From Raillietiella orientalis (Eukaryota): a stretch of DNA of 64,000 bases. The notes beneath the pieces are model-generated. The model saw only the letters and a list, made by a program, of their open reading frames with translations, made no database searches and was not told the origin of the DNA. The stretch lies in assembly GCA_036172245.1 (NCBI GenBank), contig JAYWIR010000021.1, positions 2,914,001 to 2,978,000 of the forward strand, read 5' to 3'. A program made the translations under genes and the position numbers. Positions 22,055 through 33,510 of this stretch are shown here, one piece after another; the stretch's first letter is position 1; every line of letters begins with the position of its first letter.

Positions 22055-24959
22055 GTAAGTACCCACCCCGTCGACCATCCGTTCCCTCGTGGGGTGACGA
22101 ACGCGGCTTCCGCACGTGCAAATTCGTTCCATCTCGAAACGGTTGGGGAAGACACAGAAAAGGGTATAATTCCTCGCCAGCCGGGAAGACCCACGGCATG
22201 GTTCGCTTGCTCCGGCCTGCCTCCATCCTCTCACAAGTCCGGTTACCTAAGACAAGAAAAGGCAGTAGTCATGGATGATAAAGTTACGGCTCCCTTTCCC
22301 TGCGGCAAAAGTTCGGGATGTCTCCTCTGCTTTCTGCCGAGAGGAGATGCTGCTAATTTGATCGGCTTTCCGCAGTTGCCGTAGCTGCCTACTACGAGTG
22401 GAATGCGGATGAAATTAAACCAACCCCCTTATTGAATTATGACTGGAGCTTGGAAGTGCAAAGCTTGCGTGCGCACGCTTGGAGGGAAATGGTGGCTGCC
22501 AGGGGAGTCGGGTGTATCTGGAAGCCACCTCCATCCTCCGTGTCTTTTCAGGTTTCCTGGTTCAGGAGGAAGCAGAATGAATTCCAGCTGCTAACGGTCG
22601 GCAGATCCGTTTACTCAAACGAGCACAAGTATCTCTTGAAATTCCTGCATCCCAACAACTGGAGGCTGAATATACGGCTCCTCAGCAAGGACGACGGAGG
22701 GATATACGAATGCCACACGTCTTTCCATCCTCCCAGCATCCACACGGTGACTCTGGACGTCATAGGTAAGAGGCAGCGGCAGCAGCACTTCATCTTTCCT
22801 GCGAGAGTGCTTCCGAAAGAACGGAGCTCTCTACTCTTCATGGTGAGATGAATTAAAAGGAGGTGGAGGTCTTTTTGAGAGAGATTCTCAGCAAAGAGCA
22901 CCTCAGCATCACTGTCGGGAGAGTAAAAGGGGTGAGGGAGGTGTGGATGTTCGAGTCGCTTCCTGGCCACGGAATTACACAGAAACAAAAAAGGCGGATC
23001 AACTTGAGATCGTTGCGAAGAGATGGATGGCAGAATTAGGCGGCTCGGGACGTATCCCTCCTCCGCTTTTTTCCCTGCGTGTTCCGAGCCAGAGTGCACC
23101 GGCATCCGGGAGAATGGGAACGAGGAGGATGTTCCGCGTGTTCAAGAAGGGAGGGCAGGTACGGAGGGAAGTCAACGCTCCGCTCCGCGACTGCGCCGCC
23201 GCGCGCGCGCGTGCCTGCCTGTGCGCCCCATCCGAGAAGTCCCACGGTTCCTCCCCACGCTCCCGGCCTGACCAGGAGCGGGGGATGCTTTCCCTTTCCC
23301 TGGATCTGTTCACGTCGATTCTTTCAAGCGTTTCAGTTTACAGAAAAGCCGCTGGTCATCGTCGACGACAGGGGGATGAAAATCACTGACAAGTTTGTGA
23401 AGATAGGTAGCAGCATCAAGGTCCGTTGTCTCGTCAACGGGAGGTACGCCGAGAGCCTAGAGACCCTCTGGATTTTCGAAGGGAACGCCCTTTCTCAAGA
23501 CCCCCGGTCCAGAAAGAGGTGAGCTCTCCCCGAGTTCTTGGTCGGCAAGACACCGAGGTAGTGAGGCAACCCTCTTACATCGAAGTGTGAGAGGGCTGCC
23601 TCACTATGTCCAGTCCTGGAAGCGAACGCGGAGCAGCTGTCGCGCCCCAGTCGCCCTCCTCATCCTCACTCTAACGTTCTGTTGCCTCTATCCCAAAACA
23701 GGAAAATGTGACTCTCTATGGAGGGGTGTGCGGACGGTGGAGACTCCTTGGGGTCTGTCCTTGGGGTCGGCAAAAACGGGGCAGCCGCACGCCCGCTCCC
23801 AACTTCTCCCGAGTTCCTCGAGCTCGTCCGCACTCGATCGCACTTGACGGTGGCGACAACGACGACCTCGCGCGGCCTTGTGCTCTCTCCTCTGCCCCCC
23901 CCCATCTTACCCTTCTTCCCCCTTTTCTTCCCTTCTTCTTCTTCTCCTAAGTCCTCCTCCGGCTCCCTTACCCATCGCGTCCCTCCCGGTTCCGGAACGC
24001 AGGTCTCCTTGTTTGCGTCACCTAACAGGAAAAGGCTGTCTGCTTTGTCCTCACTTTCTCTGGTGAGTGCATGTTCCAGTTCGCTTCGTCACGGTACCAT
24101 GGCAACCCGGGTTTGAAGAGTCGATTTCTCCTTTCTTTCCTTTTCTTGTTCTTTCTTTCTTTCCTTTCATTGAGAGAAAAAGAAAATTTGGGGAAGATGT
24201 CCACTGCCCCTTTACAGCCCTCCCTGGAAATGGTGAAATGGAAATGCTCCCCAGAGCTCTCCCATGGTCCTTCCTCCGGAAGGAAGGTGGAGTCGAGAGG
24301 TTTCTCGGCAACTTCCGGAGGCATCCGCTCTTCGACGCCTGCGAACTTTTCTTCCCTGTCCTCGCCCTAGTGAAAGTCCAGGCGGAGAGGATCGCCGCCT
24401 GGACTGGCCGCGTGGAGGAGGAGATCGCCACCTCTACGCGCGCTCCCACCCACTGGGATCCCCATCCTGGTGTCCCGAAATCCCAAGTGCTCTTGGCAAA
24501 TGCTCCTGCCAAGCGTTGAGGTGGGAGATGGCCCCAATTTTCATACGCCCACTCCTGTCCCCCTCTCTATCTTCCGCTTTTCCCTTCAATTTGCTCCCCT
24601 CAGGATGCTGGAGGAGACTCACTGGAACGGAAAGGAGCTGACCCTGTGCATCGACGAGGTCACGCAGGAAGACTCCGGGACGTACGCATGCCTCCAGGCC
24701 GGCGGGCTGCTCAGTTCGTTCGACCTGAACATCATCGAAGGTGAGGGCGCCTCCCGGCCCAGTCCGAGGGGCCAATTGCCGCCGCCGCCAGCCGGCGAAT
24801 CCCTCCCGTGATCGCCACACCATTCTTCCCACCTTTCCAGGAGAACTGACGAGGGCCGCCGTGCAGAACGTCTCCTCCGCGTTCCACCACGCTCGTCCCG
24901 AGCCCCTCCTAGGGGCGGTGGTCCTTTTACTCATCCACCTCTTGAGAGTGTGCGAATAA
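21837..24959 (+). CDS. Dpr / zwei-Ig (zig-8)-like two-Ig-domain cell-surface protein, probably GPI-anchored; join(21837-22054, 22552-22765, 23344-23518, 24604-24740, 24841-24959), 5' partial
   Basis: All four introns are GT-AG and the phases (0,1,2,1) keep the frame open. Ig1 reads NVTAVIGEQVFLDC..VSWFRR..LLTVG..Y..NNWRLNI..DGGIYEC..HPP. Ig2 reads GSSIKVRC..W..EDSGTYAC. The C-terminus is NVSSA plus a hydrophobic tail LLGAVVLLLIHLL. Confidence 0.9.
22552..22765 (+). CDS. Dpr-like gene exon: rest of Ig1
   Basis: It has a tcttttcag acceptor and a g|gtaaga donor, and encodes VSWFRR..YECHTSFHPP..LDVI. Confidence 0.92.
23344..23518 (+). CDS. Dpr-like gene exon: first half of Ig2
   Basis: It has a tttacag acceptor and an ag|gtgagc donor, and encodes KPLVIVDDRG..GSSIKVRCLV..W. 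Confidence 0.88.
24604..24740 (+). CDS. Dpr-like gene exon: second half of Ig2
   Basis: It has a ctcccctcag acceptor and a g|gtgagg donor, and encodes LTLCIDEVTQEDSGTYAC. Confidence 0.88.
24841..24959 (+). CDS. Dpr-like gene last exon: GPI-signal-like tail
   Basis: It has a cctttccag acceptor and encodes small residues (SSA), a spacer and a hydrophobic end. The TAA stop overlaps an aataaa. Confidence 0.8.
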
Positions 24960-25899
24960 AAGGGGAGGGTGGGGGAGGACGCAAGGGACATTCGTGGGTC
25001 TCTCCGCCGTCATCTTCCCAGGCCTCCCTGCAGTCCCGCGCGCGCGCGTTTGTGAGGTGACCACTGGTCCCGAGATTTCGACGTCACTTTCTCGCAGGGC
25101 GCCATCCTGGGGGAGGGAAAGGAGGAACATGATGGGGTGATACGGAGGATGAATGAAAGCCGCTCTCTCTTAGACATCTCCGGAGCCCCGGAACCGGCAG
25201 AGGATCCGCCTGCCTGCGCGGCTTGGTCGGGAAGACGAGAGACCGAACTCTTGCAGGTCATAAAAAGGCGCGGAGTGAGAGAGAGGAGAGAACAGAGGGA
25301 CAGAGGGATGGCAAGGGGAACGACTCTAGTGGTGATGTTCGATCTCTCTCATGGAGAGTGAAGGTGGTAGGGCGCGGATGTCACCCTCTTCTCCCTATCC
25401 CGCTCAGCTGCAGGCAACTTTCCTCCGGCTCCCTCGCTTCGCACTCTTCTCGCGAGGGATAGACGGGGAGGGAAAGGTAGTAGAAGAAAAGGAGGGCACA
25501 TCACTTTGGAAAAAGGTGATCCTGGCGATGCCTATTCTCGAGAGGAGAGAGGGAAGCCGCTCGAACGCAAGAGGCATTCAGAAAGAACGGGAAGGGAAGC
25601 CGTGGGAGCCTCTTTTCCTCCCTCTTTGCTTCCCTGAAAACAAAAGGTTTCCCCTCAGATTGAGTTGGTTGAGAAGGAATGTCTAGATCGTCTCTAGAAA
25701 AGAAATAGGTTCCTGGAAGGGGTAGGCGCGATGGCGAGCCTCGAGGCGACATCCGAAAGGAGCACTCCAGGAAACCCTTAGACGCATCCCTTCCAAGGGC
25801 TTTCAGAAGGCCTTTAGGAGGAAGAGCGACCTTCTTTGCTTGTTCCGAGGCCGTTCCCGATCCTTCAAGGAGCCCTAATTCATCCTTCATCACCCCGCC

Positions 25900-26450
25900 C
25901 TTTCTCCCGGGAGACCGCGTTGCATGAAGCCTGACCAAAGGATGGCTGCATTCGCGCCGAGATCCCAGAAGTGCTCGCAGTCTCTCAGGAGTCGTAGACA
26001 GGGATGCGTAGGGAGGAGCAGAAGTGGAAAAGAATTTTTCCCGAGGGATAGGTGACCGAGTGCTCTCAGGTAGGATACCCAGCGCCCCTCGCTCCTCCCG
26101 AGTCGGTAGACTACCATTGCGACCCCGAGGGGTCTGCGAGTACTGACTAGGCGGTCCAGAGTTTCACTTCCATTCCACCTTCAGGGAGGTCTCCTCGAAG
26201 GCTCCCTTTCTCCTCCACCCTTATCTCCCCCTTCTCCAGAAAGACTCCCGGATCGGATGCCACAGTGAGCAGCAGCGCAGCAAAAAAAGAGCATTCATCA
26301 TGCAGCTTCTCCCTTTTCCGGGGTCCTCCAGAGGTGCTGACCTTCCAATCCCGTGTTCCGGGAGCAATCCCTTCCTCTCCGGAAGTATCTTCCTCGAAGA
26401 ACTGCTTGCTGGTAGACACTTCTGGGAGGCAGGAAGGGACCCTTTCCCTT
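25900..26450 (-). mobile_element. Possible decayed APE-endonuclease-like LINE relic
   Basis: Weak motifs occur in order: IAPGTRD..GG, GVFLEKG, EVKLW, VVYRLG. The catalytic motifs are not intact. Confidence 0.2.
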
Positions 26451-26579
26451 TCTCAAAGTTGCCTCGAGATCGCGCGGACGTTCTGGCATCTCAGTCCTCC
26501 AGAGTCGCAAGAGTCGTTTCCGGAGAAACCGGCTCCCAGTGGAAGAAGATAGGAAGCTCCCTTATTCCCTCCGCATGCT

Positions 26580-26660
26580 TTCCTTCTTCTTCCTCCTCCT
26601 CCTCCCCCTCTTCTTTTTTTCTTCTGTTCTTCTTCTTCTCCTTCTGGTCCTCCTCCTGTT
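26580..26660. repeat. Low-complexity (TCT/CCT)n polypyrimidine tract
   Basis: The triplet repeats are directly visible. Confidence 0.75.
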
Positions 26661-29600
26661 GCATATCCTTGGTTCTCTGGATAGAGCTGCTGCGAAAGAT
26701 CCGAGAAGCCATGCCTACTCCTAGGCATCTTTGCTCTCATCCGCAAGAACGTCCAGCATTTCCTTTCGACTCGTCTTCTAGAAAAGAAGAAGGTAGAAGG
26801 GGCGTTCCCACAGCCTCGCGGAAAACCATCTGCAGTATCAGCGTCCCTTTCTTCCCGAGGAGGAGACAGGAAGGAAGAAACAGATAGAGGCTTCGCGGTC
26901 ACGTTGCCTGATTACGGCGTTTCCCTTGCCTTGGGTCTTCCGGGCTGCACCTCCTTCATCCGTTTCGAGGAGGTGCGCAGATGACCATGGAGCTCCCTCT
27001 AGTAGGAGCGGGGGAGTTCTCTCGTGCGTTCGTTCAAGCAGACGTTGTGATGCGCGCTGAAACGGTGGTCCCTGGACCACTCGACCCTGGAGTAGTGGGC
27101 ATTCACGGGAGATCAGGGAAAAAAGATGCTCTTTTTTCCTATTCTTTTTTTTTAGGGGGGGATGGGGGAGGGGAACACACGGATGGAGAGGATCCTGTAC
27201 AGAGTCAAGAAGTGCTGTACCGTCGAAGCAGATTATCTTCCACGGCACGCTATGTCAAGAAGCGGGAGACGACGGCTAGTCGAGAGAGGGAGCAGATTGG
27301 AGCACTTGCAAAGAGGCTGTCGTGTCAAGCGGGGAGCAGCGGCCGAAGCAGAGGCTGCTGGCCGGCGAGGAAGCCGGGAACCCGCAAGGTCTTTGACCCG
27401 TAAGGTCTGCCGATCCTCTCTCTCAGGGGGAATGGACACTGCATCTCCCGATGCACACCCAGCTTTCCTCTTCTCGAAACGGAAAATCATCTTGGAACCT
27501 GAGAGGAGCTCACAGGTCTTCAGGTCCAACTAAGGCAGCAACCACTCGGCACGCCAAGAACTCCCTCCCAGACACTGCTTCGAGGCAGCCTAATCATGTT
27601 CTCTTCCATGCATGGTACTGTGCCTGGCTCCGTCACTGGTCGTTTCGGATTCGATGACCGATCCTCCACCTTCAGGAGATCTGGACCATCCGTCCTTTGA
27701 GAAGCAGACCCATGGAAGCTCTCAAATCCCTTTCGTCCGAAAAGCAGACCTGCGAAGCACGGACAGCAAAGTAGGTTCTTGAATGAACCGGGTAGGTTCG
27801 CACAAACCTAAAGGGTAAGGGATACCAACGAGTTCCCGGATGGCATTCTGCTTTTTCCTGGAAGCAACCCCTTTGAAATGCGTGTGGCAATTCATCCGGT
27901 GAGATGAGATGGCAGAAATATATGCCTGGCACTTTGGGTCGAGGTTCCGTCTTACTTTCTTTTCGATTTTCAAAAAGGAATGATCCGCGAAGTATGGGAT
28001 GTGTCGGACACTCCCACAAGGCGGTCGGCATGGAGACCTCAAGACGGCTAAGCAGAAACATTTTGTGCATGTCGAGCTTGAATCTCATGCTTTGCCATGC
28101 TGCCCTTCCAGGTTCCGGGAACAGATTTTCTCATTTCTTCAAGGCGTGTCGCACTTGGATCTGATGTCACGCGTCTTCCCCTTTTGGCGCTGATGACCGC
28201 GGGTTCCCTTGCAGCTGGTTTCCCAGCAGTTGTTGGCTGAAAAGTTCCCGAAAAAGTTCAGGTTCTCATCTCAGCCGCGGAGAGGAAGCAAAACTTGGTC
28301 TCCGTGAGCCATGGACTACATTTCCACCCTTCCTGCGTGCGCCTCGCACGCGATGTGCTGCTGCTGCGCGTGCTTTCACCGGCTTTCACCTGAGGCAGAG
28401 CATCCACCATCAATCGGAGCTCATTTCCTGAGAAGAGCCTCTGGTTTGCAAAAAATCACATGAAACGAATAGAAGTAGAAATACTTCACCAGAATTTGCA
28501 GGCAGGGAATGAGGAAATCAAGAAAATTCGAAGCAGCAGTTAGAGGGAATCTCGCCATCATTCATAAACAACGCTCATGATTTTCTGGTGTCCAGGAATC
28601 GCTCTTCAGAATTTTCCGGGCCTTCGACCACGGCAGCTTCCTCCTTGTGCCCTCAGAACACTGCCGCTTCATCCTTACAGGAAGACCACTCATCGAACCA
28701 TCACCAATCGCACACAATTCTTTCCAGATTCCGGTTTGGATGCCCTCCTCTATTTCGTCTTCTCCTGCTTCTAATTAGAGACAGTGATTGACGGTCTGCC
28801 TTGAAAGATTGGTGTTAGCTTCTTAATCTCATAAAATATCTATTAGTAAGAAATGCTTTCAGTTTCTGTTCTTTTTCTCGATGTTTACAAATATCAACCT
28901 GGCTTTTCTCTCCTCTCATGAGCTCTCTTCTCTCAAACTGCTGCCAATAGGACGACGCAAATCGCCGATACTGTCCGAAAAGGAGATGAAAAAGGCAAAA
29001 TTAAGACCACGATTCTGAATCATTATTTCCTGTTTTTCTTACACCTCTGCCGCTATTTGTGTTTGTCATTGTCATTTGGGCAAGCGGTCGCAGACAAAAC
29101 TACGAGATTTGCGAACGATTCTCCCATTTGTATCTTTCTTTCATAAAAGTCAACGTGGCGAGACGATTACAAGCGTTTCAACTGAAGGTTTTGTTCCTTC
29201 ACATGGGCTACAAGTGTGGCATCCAGAGAAATCATTAGTCATTCATGTACCATTTGTTTATGAAACAACCAAATGTTCGGCATGCCACGTTTTACCAGCA
29301 ACTCTTAAGGAAACACCTACCAGTATTAGTTTTTCTACCATGGTAGAAGATAGGCAGCTAGCTGCCTTTCACGAGCTCATCGGAATGCACGTGCACCAGC
29401 CCAGAAGATGTGATCCTCATCACTGATGACCGAAGACGGTCAGAAAGTTTCAAGCAGTCGGACTTCAGTGTTTCCGACCAACGACAGCCACTCTCCGGCA
29501 CATTCACTGAATTACCAGTCTTGCTTCCTCAAGTGATTTTCGCATCGTTTCCACTCAGATTTCCCAAGTCCGGATTCTACCAGGAAGAATAATGGTTACC

Positions 29601-32230
29601 AGCTTTAGGGTAATTCAGCCTTAGTGAACTTTTAACCTCGAGAGCGCTATGCTGGAGTGTTCACCCTTTCAGTTCTGCGAGCTGCTTCCATCAACATCGA
29701 TGGAAAGAGTAGATAGCAGAGGTGGTTTTTCCAAGACTGAAAATCAAGGATTTCAATTACGAGTGCGTTGATTTTGAACAACAAACTCTCTCGGACTCCA
29801 AACTGCAAGCTGAAGTTCATGAATGCAATTTATTCTAAACTTCCGTAAGCAATTTTAGAGCACAAATCAAAATGACCGAGGGCAGTGAGCTCCATCATTC
29901 CCAGAAAGAAAATTCACTTCTTCTCACAAGCACATCGCCCAGTGTGAGAAATGAGATAGCACATTGCCAGGATGCCATGGGTGATTTTTTTTTTCGAAGA
30001 ATGCTCTGCCAGATTCTTAAGACAATGATTAATGACAATGATTTCAGCCAATAAATCGAGCGCTTGGCTTGCACCAGTTGACCGCGTGACCAGAGCTCAC
30101 TTGTGAGCCTGGTCGTAATACCTCTTTGTGTGAAACACAGTAAAACAAAAAAAAATGTGTCGTGTTAATGTTATGCGTTTCCGATGGCTAGGAAATGCTC
30201 TCTGACCTATCTTGAAATGATCTTGGAAATGCCAGAGATACTGTCAGTAACCAAACATTCAATTTTTCTCAGAGGAGAATTTGTAATTCATCAACATGAT
30301 TACCACTTCTCTGGGAACGAGTGTCATGGCCGGTGGAGGCATCGATGATCAAAATTAATTCCAGCAACGAAATCGCAGCCATTTTCAAGTTCATGGTTGC
30401 GGTCCAGGGTAGAAGCGCACTGGGCTGAATCACACTTTCATCGAGCAGATCCTGATCCGTGAGGAGGATCTGTGGTCATAGGTAGCAGCAGCATCACTTT
30501 CTTGAGTACCAGAAGTTCGAGTAATAATCTGTTTTTAGGTGATATGGATTCGCTTGAGATAAAGGGAAAGATAATAATATAATACTCATGATAATAAATC
30601 ATCTTTTTCGAAATTGATTCGTGCGAACGCCTGAAATCATAGTGGCGTCAGACTCCGTTTCCCCGTTGCACCCTGTGAGCAACATTTCCAGATTTCACTC
30701 TCTTCCATTGCACCGCACGATGCGTTTCTTAATGAGGCTGGATGCCTCCTTCCTGTACGTCAACAGTCGGAATAAAAAATCGAAAATGAAGGATATGTGT
30801 ACATACTGGATTTTACAGGAGGCTTACGATGTGTGGCTTATTGCTAGCAGAGAGTCTAAGATACAAGAGGCGGTGAATTTGCATGCTCCCAGTCTTTAAC
30901 ATTGAATAAGAAAAGGTGCGCTGGGATTTTAACAAAAGCAGTTTGGAAATGCCATTAGAGCCGAAGTCTGTGAACTGCCCAGGAGCGTATTTGAAACGCT
31001 GCATCTAGTTGAACAGGAAGTAACTTCTTCGAGATTCAGCTTAGCGCTCACCAGTCGGATTTCTATGAAAAGGTACTTTACAGGAAGAAGTGTTCTGTCT
31101 TGGCAGAAAATTTCATTTTCTTGTTTCCGGTGAAACTGGTGTCTTTGGTATGGCAAGTGTGATTCTGAGAACAGCTATCTTAACGTTGCGGTATGAGAGA
31201 TATTAACACGTACCTAATTGTAGGCCTTGCTTCTGGAAGCTGCAGCCGGCTCCGAAGTCAAATTCAGTGGATGGAGAGCCTTTGGCAACGAATCTTCCCC
31301 TTGACAATGAGGAACAGTTCTCTCGCATTTTCGAGATCTTGCTGGAGGTTACCCACGCTTTCCATCAATCTCACTTACGTTTTTGCCCCAAGTAAAACAC
31401 CAACCGATGTGCTTCGACTGAAATTTGTATCTGGAGATGGTGGAAAAGAACGAGGAGACAAGTAGAACGAGATGCAGCATCAAGTTGCAGGACAAGAATC
31501 TTTCCTTGAGTTTTCCTCCTCTTGAAAGGAAAACTCGATTCTCGCAGAAAATTCTCGGGAACGTTCCTCAATAATCCTGGACCCTCACTGATCCGTGTAT
31601 TAAAGTACTCATTCCTCTTAGGGAGAATGGAACATCGATGTGCTGTTATGAACATTTCCTTGTGTAGGAGTGAATTCTTCTTCTAGAAGTGATGGAGCTC
31701 CTTTCACTCCTTCATCCGCGCATTAAGACTGAGAAGGAAAGTTCAGAATGGATGGAATGCAAAAACTCCACTCAAGAGGTTTTCTTCCGAGTTAGAAGCA
31801 CTTCTTTTGGCATCCCGTCCCACTATACAAACGAGTCAACGGTTCAAACTGCATGACCCCTGCCCTGAACATCATTCGCATTTCGCTTCCTACGAGAGAC
31901 ATTTTGTTGGTCAGCGATCCTAGAATCTTAAGATGATGACGTCGTCGTCCTGAAGCATTCGTTTGGAGAAAGTGGTTTCTTTTCTAATAGTCTTCAGCTT
32001 CTCTAAACAACTCCAAACAACAACACCATCAAACACAATAAGAAAATTAAGGATGCTCCCCCAAGCGAAGCAAACAACATGGATTTGTTAGAGTAGCTAG
32101 AACAGAACTTCATACGAAGGCATTGCGGCCCATTAAGAAAGCAGAGGCGTTAGACGAAAGTAACAGTGATGAATCCGAGTGGATCAGTGTTGACTCACGG
32201 AATGTGAATAAAAGTGTACATAGATCAAAA

Positions 32231-32252
32231 CACACGCACACACACACACACA
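32231..32252. repeat. (CA)n microsatellite
   Basis: cacacgcacacacacacacaca. Confidence 0.85.
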
Positions 32253-32699
32253 ACTCTCAGTTATGCGATTGTGGTTTATGGCTGACTGTTTTGACGTGAG
32301 TTGTTGCATGCCGGAGACTTAAGAGAAATCAACGCTTTTAACAGTGCAGTCCTCTGTGCCGTTCCAAACGGCGAATTCCCTCTTAAATGTTGGAGCTAAG
32401 GTATCCAGACACTGGGAAACTCATTAGTTTTCATGGATTCGAATCTTTTACTTTCATTCCAGATGATTTGCAAACTTCGAACCTGAAACTCGGAATTTCC
32501 ATTCTGAGCTTCGCATTTGTTATGAGGAATTTGCGGCATGCGAGGTTGTGCTCTTTGCAGCAGAGGATTCCCTTTCCTAATCTCCCAGTTCATTAAGTGT
32601 CCGACGGAACAACACCCTGAAAGCACCTACACTGGTTTCCTGGGTGCGTTGGGTTTCCAAACTGTGCTCTAAGCACCCTGTAGGGAGGTTAGCGGGTGT

Positions 32700-33510
32700 T
32701 TAGTCCCGGTTCAAAAAGTCCCCTGAGGAATTCGGTCCACGGCAAATGGTCCTTGAAAAATATCCTCTTTCGGTCCAAAACTCCAGCATGAGAACGGAAA
32801 GCGACTCCCGTAAGTGTGCATCCATGCTGTTTGGACTTCCATTTGTGCCTTCCCGAAGGTGCAAATGAAACTTTTGAGTACATTGTGGAGAACGCAGAAG
32901 AAAGTTTGGATAAACCAATGAAGCATGCTGAAGGAGTATGCACACGTGGAAGGCGGGGCAGAGTCGGCCGGAGACAGGAAGCTGCAGGACTTCCAGCAGA
33001 AACGTGGAAGTGTCAATACATCCGTACTAAAAGGCGCCCTCACAAAACAAACAACGAAGTGGAAGGGTAGCGTAGCAAATTTCAAAAGCTGATGGGAGTG
33101 TGTCATCCTTTTAGTTGGAGATTCATCGAAGTTCTTCTAAAAGACGAACAACACAGCAACGAGCAAGTCATCACCTACATTCATGGTGGTCGCACTCGAA
33201 CACAGCCACCTATTTCACGACCGTATCGACAGGATCGCACACATGGAACCGAGTATGTTAACACATGCGTCGAATACCAAGCTAATGAAAAGGTTGATGT
33301 ACACTTGGGAGCAGTTGCTCATTGCCTTCAAAGTAACGCTGCTCAACTCGATGAACAAGAGCTGAACAACAATTTGAACAATGACAGCAAAAGAAATGTA
33401 CATCAAATTTTATGATATCGAAGGCTTGTATTATTTATAAGCCATTGACCAAATACGCTCGCGGGGTTTTTGGAAAAGATCGAATGTCCTAGAAGACTTG
33501 TACTGTGCCA
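32700..33510 (+). mobile_element. Internally deleted Mutator-like (MULE) element carrying the transposase C-terminus
   Basis: ORFs 32816-33070 and 33092-33415 are one frame split by a TAG: ETWKCQY.RTK..KTNNEVEG*RSKFQKLMGVCHPFSWRFIEVLLKDEQ, matching the MULE pattern RTNNxxEGWH..HPxIWxFIxxLKxEQ. GTCC-periodic repeats lie at the left end. Confidence 0.75.
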
